Shown here: positions 26,301 through 39,310 of the stretch, piece by piece
Position numbering within the stretch: position 1 is the stretch's first letter
Layout: each line of letters begins with the position of its first letter
DNA from: Phoronis australis
Lineage: Eukaryota > Animalia > Phoronida
Assembly (NCBI GenBank): GCA_002633005.1
Contig: NMRA01000647.1
Location: 164,761 to 228,760 of the forward strand
DNA: 64,000 bases
Direction of reading: 5' to 3'
The notes under the pieces: generated by a model
What the model saw: only the letters and a program-made list of their open reading frames with translations
Told to the model about the DNA's origin: nothing
Database searches by the model: none
Program-made: the position numbers and the translations under genes

Positions 26301-27040
26301 AATTAAATTGCCGTGATATAGTGTGTTCCCACAGCTTTCCATGAAAGTATGAAGGGAATTGTGAACTCTAGTCGATCACTGAGGAGGGGAGATGAGATAC
26401 AAAATTCCACGTCTTGAAGTTTAATGAAGGATAATGACTGATCAGCTAGATCAGTACGTGCCATATGAATATTGTGACTCTACAGTGAGACTTAATTCCA
26501 GGGGCTTTGAAAATGCATTAGGACGACTCCGGCGGCTTATACGACGAATTGGCTCTTGAGCCAATGGTTTTACAGCTACAGTATAGGACTCAAACAAATA
26601 TTTTTGAGCATTACTGATGCAATTTTAAACATTGTTGAACATCAAAACTGGGAGCTCTGTGAAGGATGTCTTATACCAAAGTCATCCCTGATGACTTCAT
26701 GTTGATGCCAACAGTAGCGGTGTCACGTAGCTGGAACTGGGGCGCCGAGCGAAGCTGGCTCAGCCAACACTCAACAGTCCAGAACAGAGACTTGACAGCA
26801 GAAAAATCAGTAGTAAGTCAACCCTGAATCTCAAACCGATATAATGTAGTGCAAGTCAGTTGAGTTGACTAACTCGGGTCCAGCAACAGTGGGTTTAAAG
26901 TGCAGTAATCAGTTTTCAGTGTAAAGCCAAATAACTACAACTATAAGGCACAAGGGATAAGGCGCGTTCATCTGATTTCCATGCAAAGTGTCAATAGTTA
27001 AAAACTTACCAATTTCTGACATTTTACGCGTGACTGCCAT
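23394..27040 (-). CDS. C7orf57: C7orf57-like (DUF5524) protein, 7 coding exons, 343 aa
   Basis: Exons 27010..27040, 26026..26217, 25570..25687, 25071..25204, 24668..24836, 23998..24219 and 23394..23559 join into one open frame with canonical GT-AG sites. GWFYHAP...PPASQIPGLS...IKETDSKYIKLAKGGGRQDLL matches the C7orf57 N-terminal signature as I recall it. AATAAA on the minus strand near 22945. Confidence 0.88.
24538..24606. repeat. Near-perfect 32-bp-arm palindrome in C7orf57 intron 5
   Basis: GATTTCTGTGTATAAGTAGGTGTGTATTGAAA-atgaa-TTTCAATACACACCCACTTATACACAGAAATC. Confidence 0.95.
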
Positions 27041-27319
27041 GTTTCCTTGTGTTTCTTTCCTACTTCAATGTTAGACGGCTGTATCGTTCACGCTCTTCTT
27101 CTAGTCTGAACAAGGTGTAGCATTGTGAATCAAAATATTGATTCAACTTGAGCTTTGCTTTGTAGCCTAGCGACATGAAAACATTTGTAAGTTCTCGCGA
27201 GAAATGACGGTAAGTTCGTTTCAGCGGAAGTTATGCACTCGTAAATCGTAAATAGGTCAACTCCGTGTGTTTTGGACGTTTGCAGGCGAAGAGAAGTTTA
27301 CAACATCACGATTTCCCAA
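27041..27319. promoter_or_regulatory. Compact bidirectional promoter between C7orf57 and METTL21A
   Basis: Divergent ATGs ~280 bp apart. X-box-like GTAGCCTAGCGAC (27162..27174), palindrome TTCTCGCGAGAA (27192..27203), ETS-like GCGGAAGT (~27224). Confidence 0.6.
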
Positions 27320-29653
27320 ATGAACGTCAAATGGATTGGCGGTTTGATATATACACTGATGGTAGACATTACAGAGTGCAGTGAAGGCACGTGTTTGGAC
27401 AAAACTTGTCCGACAGAGTCAAATAATTTCGCAACTGAACGTGCTGAATCTGACGAAAACCATCCCCACATGTTTTCTTCAGCTACGGGTGCCTGTGCGG
27501 AAAGTGAACGCAGACTTGTTCTATATGAAGAGTCGAAACTATTACCACATCAAACAAAACAAAAAATATTCGACTTTGCTGGAGAGGAAATCACAATTTT
27601 GCAAGACTGGACGAATGTGGGAGTTGCTGGTGTTGTATGGGATGCTGTATGTATTTAGATTTAGTTTGCCAGTGGCAGTGACATGACCGTCATGACCCAC
27701 CTCCACCGGCAGTGTTTCAACCGGAGAATGCTGGAATACTGCCTCAAAATCTGTGTGTTTTTCACTTTCAGTGCTGTGCTGCTGATGAAAGCCATCCAGC
27801 AAAACTGATCTTAACTTGTTGGCTTTCTGTTGCAGCACTGACATTTTTGTTTGCTAAATTCGTTTGACTTCTCCACCATGATTCTTTCTGACTTGCCCCA
27901 TACTAGACAGTTTCAACGCCTCAATACTTAGCAGTAGAGATGGTGATGCTCCCATAGGGCCTTAAGCTTTTCTGCAAATTATGCCTGGCACTGATATAAT
28001 CATCATCAAAGTCATGGTGCTATTAGTACCTTTTGCGCATAGAGGGGTGCCTTAGGAGGCCGTCTATGTCTTTATGTCCTTCCAGCTCTAACAAATACTC
28101 CCGTAATTAAACTTTTTTCGAACAGTTCTTCGTTCAGTTACCCAAATTGGCAACTGGACATTTTTACAGTGCTCGCGGAAGGAGATGTGACATTTACTTT
28201 GAACGTAATGAAAAGGTTTAAATGAACATTATGCTCACTGTGAGCAGAACTATATCACTGGAGAATGGTAGCTCAGCTCGCTGATGTTCATTTGAACTGG
28301 CCTATAGATGCTAATTAATTGCTGTAAAATCACATTGTAGTGACATTTTGTTGCTTGAATATTTTATTAAGGCTGTGACGCTATCCGAATACCTTCAAGA
28401 AAACCCAACTGTCGTAAAAGACAAAAGAGTGATTGAACTTGGTGCTGGAACAGGGCTAGTGGGCATGGTTGCTGGGCTGTTGGGTAAGTGAGAATGACAC
28501 TGTCTGTGGACACCAGTCTGTAATGTTTGCGACTAGTTCTGTATTTAAGGTTTATGAAGGATCTTTCAAATTTCCATAATAAAAACATCATATCTAAGAA
28601 ATGGCTGGTTGTATTCTTATGAGACTTTCTGTACTGTTCACCAATATGCTACTGTGTGCACTGTTCACCAGTATGCTATGCACTGTTCAATATGCTATGC
28701 ACTGTTCACCAATATGCTACTGTGTGCATTGTTCACCAATATGCTATATGCACTGTTCACTAACATGCTTTAAGGAATTACTTTTAAGATACTTTTTTTT
28801 TGTATGAGGAGCTATACAATTATGAATCTTACGATTTTTATCAAACAAATTCGAAGTTGCATTAAACAACAAAGTGATAGTTCTGTAACAACTGCGTCTT
28901 TCAGATTTTACCTTGAATATTTTTATCAAATAAAATTTGGTGATGTTAATTCCGTTGTTTTTCTATGAACATACATGTTTTGCTAAATTTTACTAAAAAG
29001 GGATGGTCACATGACCTAATTGATAGCAGGTTGGTATACAGTCAGAAATCAAATTATACAGTCTTTTTATTTTCAGCAATGGTTAATTAAGAGTGTATAG
29101 TCAGAAGCAGTCCATTGAATCTTATCACAATTATACTTTTAATCTCGTTTCTTCGCACTGATAATTCACTTTTGTTTATTTATAATCTGTTTCATTGATT
29201 TTGTGGTTTACAGTCTCATTCCAATCTACGTTTAGATATTCTTGGAATTTTCTTATCAATTTAATTCCTTCAGGTGCTTCCCATGTGGACATTACCGATC
29301 GTGAGTTGGCGTTGGAACAACTAAGCGAAAACGTAAAAAGGAACGTCAAGGGAAAATGTGACACGAGAGTGAATGTAGCGGAACTGGACTGGGGTGTCAA
29401 TCATGACAAGTACTCCACCTATGACATTGTTCTGGGGGCCGATATTGTGTACATCGAAGAAACTTTCCCAGAGCTGTTGAAGACACTGAGTCATTTGAGT
29501 AGCTGCTCCACTACGGTAATATTGTCCTGTCGAATAAGGTATGACAGAGACAGGGACTTTATAGCATTGTTGAAACGGACGTTCTCTGTGGAGGTGATAC
29601 TGAAGGATGAAAAACGTAACAACTTAATCTATCGATGTAACAAGCTGTGCTGA
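27320..29653 (+). CDS. METTL21A: Protein N-lysine methyltransferase METTL21A-like (HSPA-KMT), 3 coding exons; start codon uncertain (27320, 27359 or later)
   Basis: Exons 27320..27646, 28372..28483 and 29274..29653. Motifs LQDW..GVAGVVWDAA, VIELGAGTGLVG (motif I), ITDR, LDWG, LGADIVY (DxxY), CRIRYDRD. Confidence 0.92.
28628..28768. repeat. Minisatellite (actgttcaccaatatgct core) in METTL21A intron 2
   Basis: Six to seven degenerate units of roughly 19-27 bp. Confidence 0.85.
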
Positions 29654-32035
29654 TCATGCTGTCAACAATGTCGAATTTTTTAACATTTGTTCCGACCTAA
29701 TGAAGTTTTGTGTCCTGAATTTTAAGATTAGATTCATACCGAATGGAATGTTACAGGTTTTTGTTCTGTTATGAAAACTGTTTTGAGAGTTCCTGCACAT
29801 TTTTGAACATTTGTGACAGTCTTTCAAATTTCAAATTTCTGGGGAATCTTGGACAAGTAAAAATTTTGGCTTCACAGAAAAGATTTGAAAGCGTGGGGCA
29901 CTCTTCATGTAAAGTGACTTCAGACTTTAAAGTCACAAATTTAGCTTTATGCTCCACTCAACTATTTCTGAAACATAATTTTAGGTCACCTTTATCAAAC
30001 ATTCATGATCTTTGAAATTATGCAAATAAGAGAATTTCCATCGTTTATTTCTGAAGCGTGGTATGCTAACAATTGCATGGCAATTTTTTTGCTGCAATTG
30101 TGGATAAAGTCAAAATTTCTGACTTAAGTCTCGTGTCACTATTGCATCACTTAATAAAATGTCATCAAATTTTATTTTAAAATAAAATAAGGCAGCAGCA
30201 TTTTTGGAAATTTCCTGTTGAAAACGAATGGTTGCTTTTTGGCATAATTATATGGTATGTTTAGGGAAATTTTATCCTCTGTGGATTTTTTGTTACATGC
30301 ATTGATATTAAAAGTTCCTTTGAATATCTTGCTGATGGTGCTTATGGAAGATTTCGAATATTGGCGACCCACTTAAAATCAACAAAGATGGATTTAACAC
30401 GTTATCAAGATTAATTTGTACATAAATATAGATTATATTACAAGCGTTGAGGGTTTAAGGGAATTTCAATCTTTCAAAACAATATGACAGTGTTTTAAGG
30501 TGGATAGATTTTGTGGCACCCTGTACTGTTAGTGGATCATGTCCTGTTGGGAACTCTCAATAAATTGCAGGGACTTTGGGTTATGTAACAAATTATCTGA
30601 CCAACACTGTGTCCAACGTATGCAGTGTAAGAGGTGAAAGGGACTACCTGGTCAGCTTACAGCTTTAAATTAAAAATATAGGCATATTAATAACTCTTCC
30701 GTGTAGATTTGTACTGTTGAAAAATGAATCTTAGAGCACCTAACTTACAAATTCAACCCCTAATCGGAAAAGGCACCCTTTCGTAGACCTTTGGCTGAGC
30801 TCACAGTTGATGTCTTAGCTCAGACTATGTATTCAACTGACGGCTGTGTCTGAACACACTAATTGTTGTACCTTATTAAATTAATAACACGCCCACAGGC
30901 CACATTAACAAGCTACGGCCATACCTATACAGATGATCTGACAAATTCCATAGATGTAAGAAACAAAAATGCTCTTATACCACATGATTACTGTGTTTAC
31001 ACAGGTAACCCTGTCGTAAAGCGGCGCCATATCGCCGTATTTGTCAACGCTTTGGCCATCCCTAGCACGCACAGGCAATTTCAAAAGTTGTCACTTACTA
31101 GGTGGCGCTGTTGTCAAATCTCATTCGAAACACTGAGATAATAACTAGAGTGAATTGCAAAGCAATAACACTGAGGATTAACGACTAAAACTAGTCTTTA
31201 CTAACAGTAACGAATACATAACAATTATAACCGTAAAAAAATTACAACCCAATTAAAAATGACGATTAACCCAAGCGGTAACGTCCAATTTGCTGGATCA
31301 GTTGGCGCACGCCTTGATAAACTTAATTCACTTATAGATTTAAAAATGGCTAATTAAAACTTCCCCTCCTGAGAGGAATCTGTTTGAGACTCCAGCGTAA
31401 ATTGAGTTAGTAGGTAATATTCGACTCACATGTCGGGTGCCTTGGCAGAATTCATTGCTATTTTAATGGGATAAAATTGATTTACTAGTGACCCCACATC
31501 AGGTTTTTCAAGCGGTGCACCACACGAGCTTATGAATGAAACATAGCGGTTCTGGATAGTCGGCCATGAAAGGGTTGTCGTAATAATACGATTATTCTCC
31601 ACAAGTCCGACGAGGGGTTCCTCAGGTGAAAAAGAAATAATCAAGAAATCTCGGGAGCGATATCTTATTGACTTAGTTGGAAAGTCGACTCGCGAGAAGT
31701 GGACATGTATGATGTATAATTTATTCTCAATTTCCAGTGAAGTTTCGTGAACCAACAGCTGCTTCAAAGGCGAGTAAACAACTCAAAATTTTGTTCAAAA
31801 ATCCATATTTACGCGTAGACACGATATGACTGCGCTTGCCGTAACGGTATGACTAACTGCAACCTGCAGGTAACTGTAGCCTGTCTGGTCCGGCAGTGTG
31901 ATCGGAAGCAATCAGCGCTACACATTCAAATATGTGTGTGCATGGATATCTGGCTGCTTATGATGGCTCCCGGCCTGATGCTAGATGATGTGGCAGCTAC
32001 AGTTACACCGTCGTATTTCCGCGATGGGGCACCGC

Positions 32036-32224
32036 CAGGGGCGGATACAGGATTTTGCCAGGGGGNNNNNNNNNNNNNNNNNNNNNNNNNNNNNNNNNNN
32101 NNNNNNNNNNNNNNNNNNNNNNNNNNNNNNNNNNNNNNNNNNNNNNNNNNNNNNNNNNNNNNNNNNNNNNNNNNNNNNNNNNNNNNNNNNNNNNNNNNCC
32201 CCCCCCCCCTTAAATCCGCCACTG
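32036..32224. mobile_element. MITE, CAGxGGCGGAT family (interior is an N gap)
   Basis: caggggcggatac / aatccgccactg termini; flanks accgc/accac. Confidence 0.7.
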
Positions 32225-33384
32225 ACCACTGTCTCTTTTTGAGGGCTATGATGAGTACCTCGGCCCCAGTATCAGAGACCACTCTACCCTCTGACACAGC
32301 GCTACCTATGCTGAAAATTGGCCCTGTGGAAACATGAGCACCACACGAATTCCGTGTGTGGGCATCAAAGCTCATGCTTGGTCGGACGTTTATCGATCAC
32401 ATGGCTTCCACTTGCACACGCCTTCAATGCCCTGTACTTGTTTGGGCCTGACCGTTTTAATAAATTGCAACTCAGTACTCAAGTTAAAGGATGGTCGCCA
32501 TATACGTAGACTGAAAGCGGTTTCTCAGATTGCGACCACTGGGAATGACAGAATTTTATGACGTCGGTTTCATTACTTTAACCAGTGAGAAGCCATGATA
32601 AACAACTATGGCCCGTGGTCTATGGGCGGTGCACCACAGGCAGGGGAGCTGGGGCGCTTAAGCCGTCCTTAAGTCCACAGACTGGGTAGGCCTCCTACTA
32701 TGCTTCACTCGCCGACTAAGACGCCGATGCGGGACGTCGAGTTCGAACAGCACCAAACACCCAGTCTGCTGATATGGCGAAATTTAATCATTACCTGTTT
32801 CACCTATAGCCTGAGTCTCGTCTTTATTCCACCTCCATAACTGTCTCCATAGTACTCGACTCAAGCTCGCTCTCTTACCGCCATCTCATATAATATACTA
32901 TCAACTAATCAACGTCTAAGTTCCACTGATGACATCACGTGGTGGGAAACTGAAAATCATTTTAATGACAAAAAATATTCTTTCAAATTCACAATTCCTG
33001 AATTACTTCCCAAAATAAGTGCTTGATTAGTTAAGATTTTGTGTTATAAATTTATTACACACGGTCTGAATCCTCAGAAAGTGCAAAAAACATTGTAGGA
33101 AAGTTTTAAAACCTGGGACTAATATTCAACAAGGCTAGTTTTGTGGAGTCCGGGGTTCATATACTATTGAGTAATATTACCAGCTGCGTGGTATGTTTGA
33201 TAAGTTTTGTAGATAAACAGTTGGCTTTCAACAATGTTCGTTTTACTTGGCAACCATATCCAGATGAGTTCGGGCTTGGCTTCTGCTATGTGATATACTT
33301 TTCTAAAACATTAACGATTTCGTAACATAATTTTTAACGCTTGCTTTATTCTGCCATTTATCGAGTTGGATTTACTTCCCCTAG

Positions 33385-34985
33385 CAAGTAAGTAAGTAAG
33401 TAAGTAATTATTTATTATAGTGGCATGTGTTCAAATAATGAATACGTTACAAAGACTAGGAACACCCAGCCCTCCACGGGGCTTATAAGTCACTTTAGAT
33501 ACATGATACAAAAAAGAAAAAGACAAGTGTACACGCATTGGAAGAGGACCAGAAAGAGAAGGCCGAGTTAAAAGTGATCATAAATAAATATAATTTTTCC
33601 TTACTTCAAACATATTTTTGAAGAAAACTGAAGTTTTTCTAATAACATCTTTTTGCATGATTGTAATTAGTTTACTTTCACAGCTTTCTGCACGGAATGG
33701 TGGATATTTAATCTCAACTTGACAGTGAAAGGTGTTTCTGGCATCTAAGAAAAATAGACACTCAAACTAAAAATATAGTTCAGTTTCGACCTGACCAGTG
33801 TGTCAAATTAAAGACAGCAAATTCTGTCATCAAATTCTAGAGAACGAAAACGCCCAACCTCAACCAATAGCTGTAAGGTTCCGGTTCTAATTTGAGCAAG
33901 AATTGACCTACTAGGCCGAGTTAAGTCTAAAAGCACGCACGGCTCAACTTGAAAGACATTCTTCATCAAAACATAGGTTCTTAACTTTGGTTTCGAACGG
34001 CTTTCAAACAACCACCTGTTACAGGCCAAATCATGCAAAATATTCTTACAGTGAGACGGATTAACTGAACGTAAGTTATTAAAACAATCCGAAATCCCTA
34101 ATTCTTCAAAAATGCTCAAAATTTCAGAAGACCAATGGTACAAGTAGTGTAGTCCCACCAAAATATTGTTAGTCTATCATCCTCGAAATTAGTAATACTA
34201 TTCCACGTCATCAAAAGCTCAATTTTTGGCCTAACACTGGGGAATTCCCACCCCATGTCACCCATAACAGCATGATTAGGAGCGAATTCGTGAACGCCCA
34301 AGAAAAATCGTGCGGCTCTATTCTGAATGACATCATAATCCTGTAGACCAGAGCCGCACAAGACACCTACGCAATAATCTCGAACAGGCACAACACACGC
34401 ATTGAATATTGTAGTGAATGTTCTGTACCTCATATTTTTATTCTTTTTAAATTTATTAATTAAAGTGCCCAAAGCTCTTCCGGCAGATTCGGACAGAGTT
34501 TTAGCAGCTTCAGAAAACTTTAAATGTTCATTAAAAATTATTCCTAAATATTTATATTTGGGTACATATTCTAGGTCTAGTCGACCCAACCGAAATGGAT
34601 ATAAACTACGAGAGACATGCTTGGATCTGAAGTGAATAATATTAGTTTTTTCCTGATTGATAATTAGACTCCGTTTAGAGCACCATTTATCAACTATATT
34701 CAATAAACCCTGTAAATGTTCTTCGCTCTTGGCAAGTACCACTATATCATCAGCATAATACAAAGATGAAACATTATCAGCACCGATAGGAATTCCTAAA
34801 TTTGACTGTTTTAATTCCGTTGCCAAATCATTTATACACAGTGCAAAAAGAGTAGGTGATAAAACATCTCCTTGTTTAACCCCACAAGATGTATAAAACC
34901 AGTCCGTAAAGGTATTATCATAACACAGGATTGAGTTTTGGCATAAATATTTTTAACCGATTCATAAAACTTTCCAACTATCATA
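33385..34985 (-). mobile_element. 5'-truncated non-LTR retrotransposon (RT domain to 3' tail), copy 1
   Basis: GVKQGDVLSPTLF, YADD, KYLG motifs and C-terminal C-x2-C...ETE. Frameshifts present. Ends in AATAAA plus a (TTAC)n tail at 33385..33415. Confidence 0.92.
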
Positions 34986-35290
34986 GCATAGCTTTCAGAC
35001 GTGCTGAGGCTGAAATAAGAATGATTTTTCTATGATCGAGAGACCCTTGTCTCAGATGTTTTGTTTTTCCAAAACCGCAGATATCGGTGTCAAAAAGAAA
35101 GAAATGCGGCGATTTTCAAAAGGTGACTTTAATAACTGATATCTCTGTGCTAATTAAAAATCTGAGATACGCTTCCCTGAGCATGCAGTGTCAACAAGGG
35201 AATACGTAGCTCAAACAAAAAGTCATCAAATGTTTAGGTTTATTAAAAACCTAATTTTCTTTACAAGCTCTGCAAGTTATTACAAATTAA

Positions 35291-35842
35291 GAGGCAGTCC
35301 ATATAAAAACCAGTAGATTTTCAAAAATCAGTCTATACGTCAAAATTTAAAACAACTTCATTTTTTGTACATGGGTAGGTATCCTAACAAAAACCCAAAT
35401 GCCAAATTTTGAGCACTCAATGACCCCTAATTTCGCCGCTGGAGCATGATAACACAAATTGGCACAATTGGGCATATTAGCCGTCTCAAAAATCGGATGT
35501 TTTCAGCAACAAAAATGAGTAACATACAAAATTGATCAAAGGCTATATTTTGGTGGCTGAAATAACCAACGTATACTGTGCACAATTCTGTGCCATTTAT
35601 TAAAATCTAACAGTTTTGTGCTAGACAGGGGAGATAATCCACAGACCACTTTTTGGGGCTAATTTTAGTGGCCATTTTTGTGACCTTCTTACTGCCATAA
35701 AACACCTTGTAGCCTTATGTGACGTTTTGAACATACAGTTAAAGAGTTAGTCTTGATGATTGAGCAATAAAAAATCTTGCCTCAACTTTGCACTTTAGTG
35801 AAAATTGTCTTGCAAAACTGTCTATTTTCATAGTTTGGAAAT
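35291..35842. mobile_element. Probable end of a TTAA-targeting DNA transposon running into the gap
   Basis: Begins right after TTAA (35287..35290), exactly where the duplicated segment diverges from its second copy (38942). Other end not visible. Confidence 0.45.
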
Positions 35843-36563
35843 NNNNNNNNNNNNNNNNNNNNNNNNNNNNNNNNNNNNNNNNNNNNNNNNNNNNNNNNNN
35901 NNNNNNNNNNNNNNNNNNNNNNNNNNNNNNNNNNNNNNNNNNNNNNNNNNNNNNNNNNNNNNNNNNNNNNNNNNNNNNNNNNNNNNNNNNNNNNNNNNNN
36001 NNNNNNNNNNNNNNNNNNNNNNNNNNNNNNNNNNNNNNNNNNNNNNNNNNNNNNNNNNNNNNNNNNNNNNNNNNNNNNNNNNNNNNNNNNNNNNNNNNNN
36101 NNNNNNNNNNNNNNNNNNNNNNNNNNNNNNNNNNNNNNNNNNNNNNNNNNNNNNNNNNNNNNNNNNNNNNNNNNNNNNNNNNNNNNNNNNNNNNNNNNNN
36201 NNNNNNNNNNNNNNNNNNNNNNNNNNNNNNNNNNNNNNNNNNNNNNNNNNNNNNNNNNNNNNNNNNNNNNNNNNNNNNNNNNNNNNNNNNNNNNNNNNNN
36301 NNNNNNNNNNNNNNNNNNNNNNNNNNNNNNNNNNNNNNNNNNNNNNNNNNNNNNNNNNNNNNNNNNNNNNNNNNNNNNNNNNNNNNNNNNNNNNNNNNNN
36401 NNNNNNNNNNNNNNNNNNNNNNNNNNNNNNNNNNNNNNNNNNNNNNNNNNNNNNNNNNNNNNNNNNNNNNNNNNNNNNNNNNNNNNNNNNNNNNNNNNNN
36501 NNNNNNNNNNNNNNNNNNNNNNNNNNNNNNNNNNNNNNNNNNNNNNNNNNNNNNNNNNNNNNN

Positions 36564-37374
36564 TAGCTGCCCTAACCTTGTACTTGTCTACTTTTCAGCC
36601 CTCTCCTGGCCCCTTGTTCCAACACCTCAGTGGATCACCGGTTACCCGTTCCTGCTTCAACTCCATGTTAACTAAAGTGGTTTCCTTTGTAGGACTCGAC
36701 ACCAAGGCTTATACGTCTCATAGCTTTCGCATTGGCGCCGCCACCTCTGCGGCCAGCCGGGGCGTCCCTGAACCGGTGATCCAGCGCATGGGGCGCTGGA
36801 AATCTGACGCACTAAAAAACTACATTCGCATGTCTGCTTTTCCTCTTCCCCAGGCTTCTTGAACTCCTGGTGAGCCTGTTGTTGCAGCTCCCCACTTCTC
36901 TCACTTTGCTTTTCAGCCCCTCCCACTCCTCTGGGTCTGTGGTTTCAGCCCACTAGGTCAGGACTGTTGTTGCAGCCGGCCTCCTCCCGTTCGCAGGTCT
37001 GTTGTTGCAGCCTGTGGCCCAAGGCCTGTAGTTGCAGGCTTCAATTTCTAGTCATTAGTTCTAGTTAACTTTACTTACATTTCGTTATGTTCTTGTTTTT
37101 TATATTCTAGACTTATGTATTCTAATTTCCTGTTATCCTGTTTAGTACCTATATTTTATCATAGTCTAACCTTGTTATTGCCCGGGTTGCGCTTCCTCGG
37201 ATGGGCGATGTCAGCATTCCGTGCTGCCATTATGGCGTTTTTTGCATGCCCATCTTGCAGAGTCTTAGTTAGTTTTATCTATTACGTCATAATAAATGAC
37301 AATATTCTCAATCCTCCTCTTGTTTTACTCTGCAACATAGCTCGTGGCGTACCCCGGGCAAAATAGATTACGAT
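36564..37374 (+). mobile_element. DIRS/Ngaro-type retroelement 3' part: tyrosine recombinase C-terminus and terminal region
   Basis: HSFRIGAATSAA...RMGRWKSDA..NYIR (H-x-x-R, W, catalytic Y), stop at 36860..36862; four ctgttgttgcag-like repeats; AATAAA at 37290; abuts LINE copy 2. Confidence 0.85.
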
Positions 37375-38635
37375 AAAGGGTGTTTCTGGCATCTAAGAAA
37401 AATGGACACTCAAACAGAAAATGTAGTTCAGTTTCGACCTGACCAGTGTGACAAAGACAACAAATCCTGTCATCAAATTCTAGAGAACGAAAACGCCCAA
37501 CCTCAACCAATAGCTGTACGGTTCCGGTTCTAATTTGAGCAATTGACCTACTAGGCCGAGTTAAGTCTAAAAGCACGTAAGGCTCAACTTTAAAGACATT
37601 CTTCATCAAAACATAGGTTCTTAACTTTGGTTTCGAACGGATTTCAAACAACCACCTATTACAGGCCAAATCATGCAAAATATTCTTACAGTGAGATAGA
37701 TTGACTGAACGTAAGTTATTAAAACAATCCGAAATCCCTAATTCTTCAAAAATGCTCAAAACTTCAGAAGACCAATTAATGGTACAAGTAGTGTAGTCCC
37801 ACCAAAATATTCGGTATGTTAGTCTATGATCCTCGAAATTAATAATACGATTCCACATTCTCAAAAGCTCAATTTTCCGCCTAACACTGGGGAATTCCCA
37901 CCCCATGTCAACCATAACAGCATGATTAGGAGCGAATTTGTGAACGCCTAAGAAAAATCGCGCGACTCTATTCTGAATGACATCATAATCCTGTAGACTA
38001 GAGCCGCCCAGACACCTACACAATAATCTCTAACAGGCACAACACACGCATTGAATATTGTAGTGAATGTTCTGTACCTCATATTTTCATTCTTTTTAAA
38101 TTTATTAATTAAAGTACCCAAAGCTCTTCCGGCAGATTCGGACAGAGTTTTAGCAGTTTCAGAAAATGTCAAATGTTCATTTAGAATTATTCCTAAATAT
38201 TTATATTTGGGTACATATTCTAGGTCTTGTCGACCCAACCGAAATGGATATAAACTACGAGAGACATGCTTGGATCTGAAGTGAATAATATTAGTTTTTT
38301 TCCTGATTGACAATTAGACTCCATTTAGAGCACCATTTATCAACTATTAATTCAATAAACCCTGTAAATTTTCTTCGCTCTCGGCAAGTACCACTATATC
38401 ATCAGCATAATACAAAGATGAAACATTATCAGCACCGATAGGAATTCCTAAATTTGACTGTTTTAATTCCGTTGCCAAATCATTTATACATAGTGCAAAA
38501 AGAGTAGGTGATAAAACATCTCCTTGTTTGACCCCACAAGATGTATAAAACCAGTCCGTAAAGGTATTATCATAACACAGGATTGAGTTTTGGCATAAAT
38601 ATTTTTAACCGATTCATAAAACTTTCCAACTATCA
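37375..38635 (-). mobile_element. Non-LTR retrotransposon fragment, copy 2 (near-identical to copy 1, 3' end replaced by the DIRS element)
   Basis: Colinear with 33728..34985; CCLCHTGQVETELHFLFEC zinc knuckle; same 5' truncation point and flank. Confidence 0.92.
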
Positions 38636-39055
38636 TAGCATAGCTTTCAGACGTGCTGAGGCTGAAATAAGAATGATTTTTCTATGATCGAGAGACCCGT
38701 GTCTCAGATGTTTTGTTTTTCCAAAACCGCGGATATCGGTGTCAAAAAGAAAGAAATGCGACGATTTTCAAAAGGTGACTTTGATAGCTGATATCTCTGT
38801 GCTAATTAAAAATCTGAGATACGCTTCCCTGAGCATGCAGTGTCAACAAGGGAATACGTAGCTCAAACAAAAAGTCATCCAATGTTTAGGTTTATTAAAA
38901 ACCTTATTTTCTTTACAAACTCTGCAAGTTATTAAAAATTAATTTCTCATTTTTCATACTTGTTCTCCCATTTTGAACACACATTTGACACACAGAAAAT
39001 AGCTGAACAGTCGAAAGCAGTCCGATTTAAAAGACTTGCTCAGCACAGCCAAACA

Positions 39056-39310
39056 TTTAATAAATAGCCAAGTAGTACACAGCTTCATTTTCGTGATATG
39101 TTTCAAGGTGCTCTACTCATTCTCAAAGGTACATGAACCAGCATGATGAAAAGGTTAAGGTAACAAGTAAAATATGCATCTGTGAGACATGATAGATCAG
39201 TGACACAAGGTCTAAAGGCTTGTCACTGTCCCTGTACCTTTGAGAATGAGTAGTGCACCTTGCAACATGTCAGGAAACGAAGCTGTGTACTAATTGATTA
39301 TTTAAAAAAT
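39056..39310. mobile_element. MITE-like inverted repeat (~80-bp arms)
   Basis: tagtacacagcttc..caaggtgctctactcattctcaaaggtaca versus tgtacctttgagaatgagtagtgcaccttg..gaagctgtgtacta. Confidence 0.75.

Noticed and set aside
27785-27832. SECIS-like ATGA-N12-AAA hairpin
   Set aside because: The 3' side has TGT rather than the required GA quartet, it is intronic, and no in-frame TGA exists in the adjacent gene models.
32678-32768. GC-rich hairpin with GTTCGAA B-box-like motif (tRNA/SINE?)
   Set aside because: No cloverleaf or A box; only 10-bp inverted ends, more like a small repeat.
31380-33130. Degenerate transposon-like region
   Set aside because: Ends resemble Kolobok-type termini, but I could not define boundaries or a coding motif.
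35788-36675. Long ORFs of 295 and 253 aa
   Set aside because: Almost entirely N gap.
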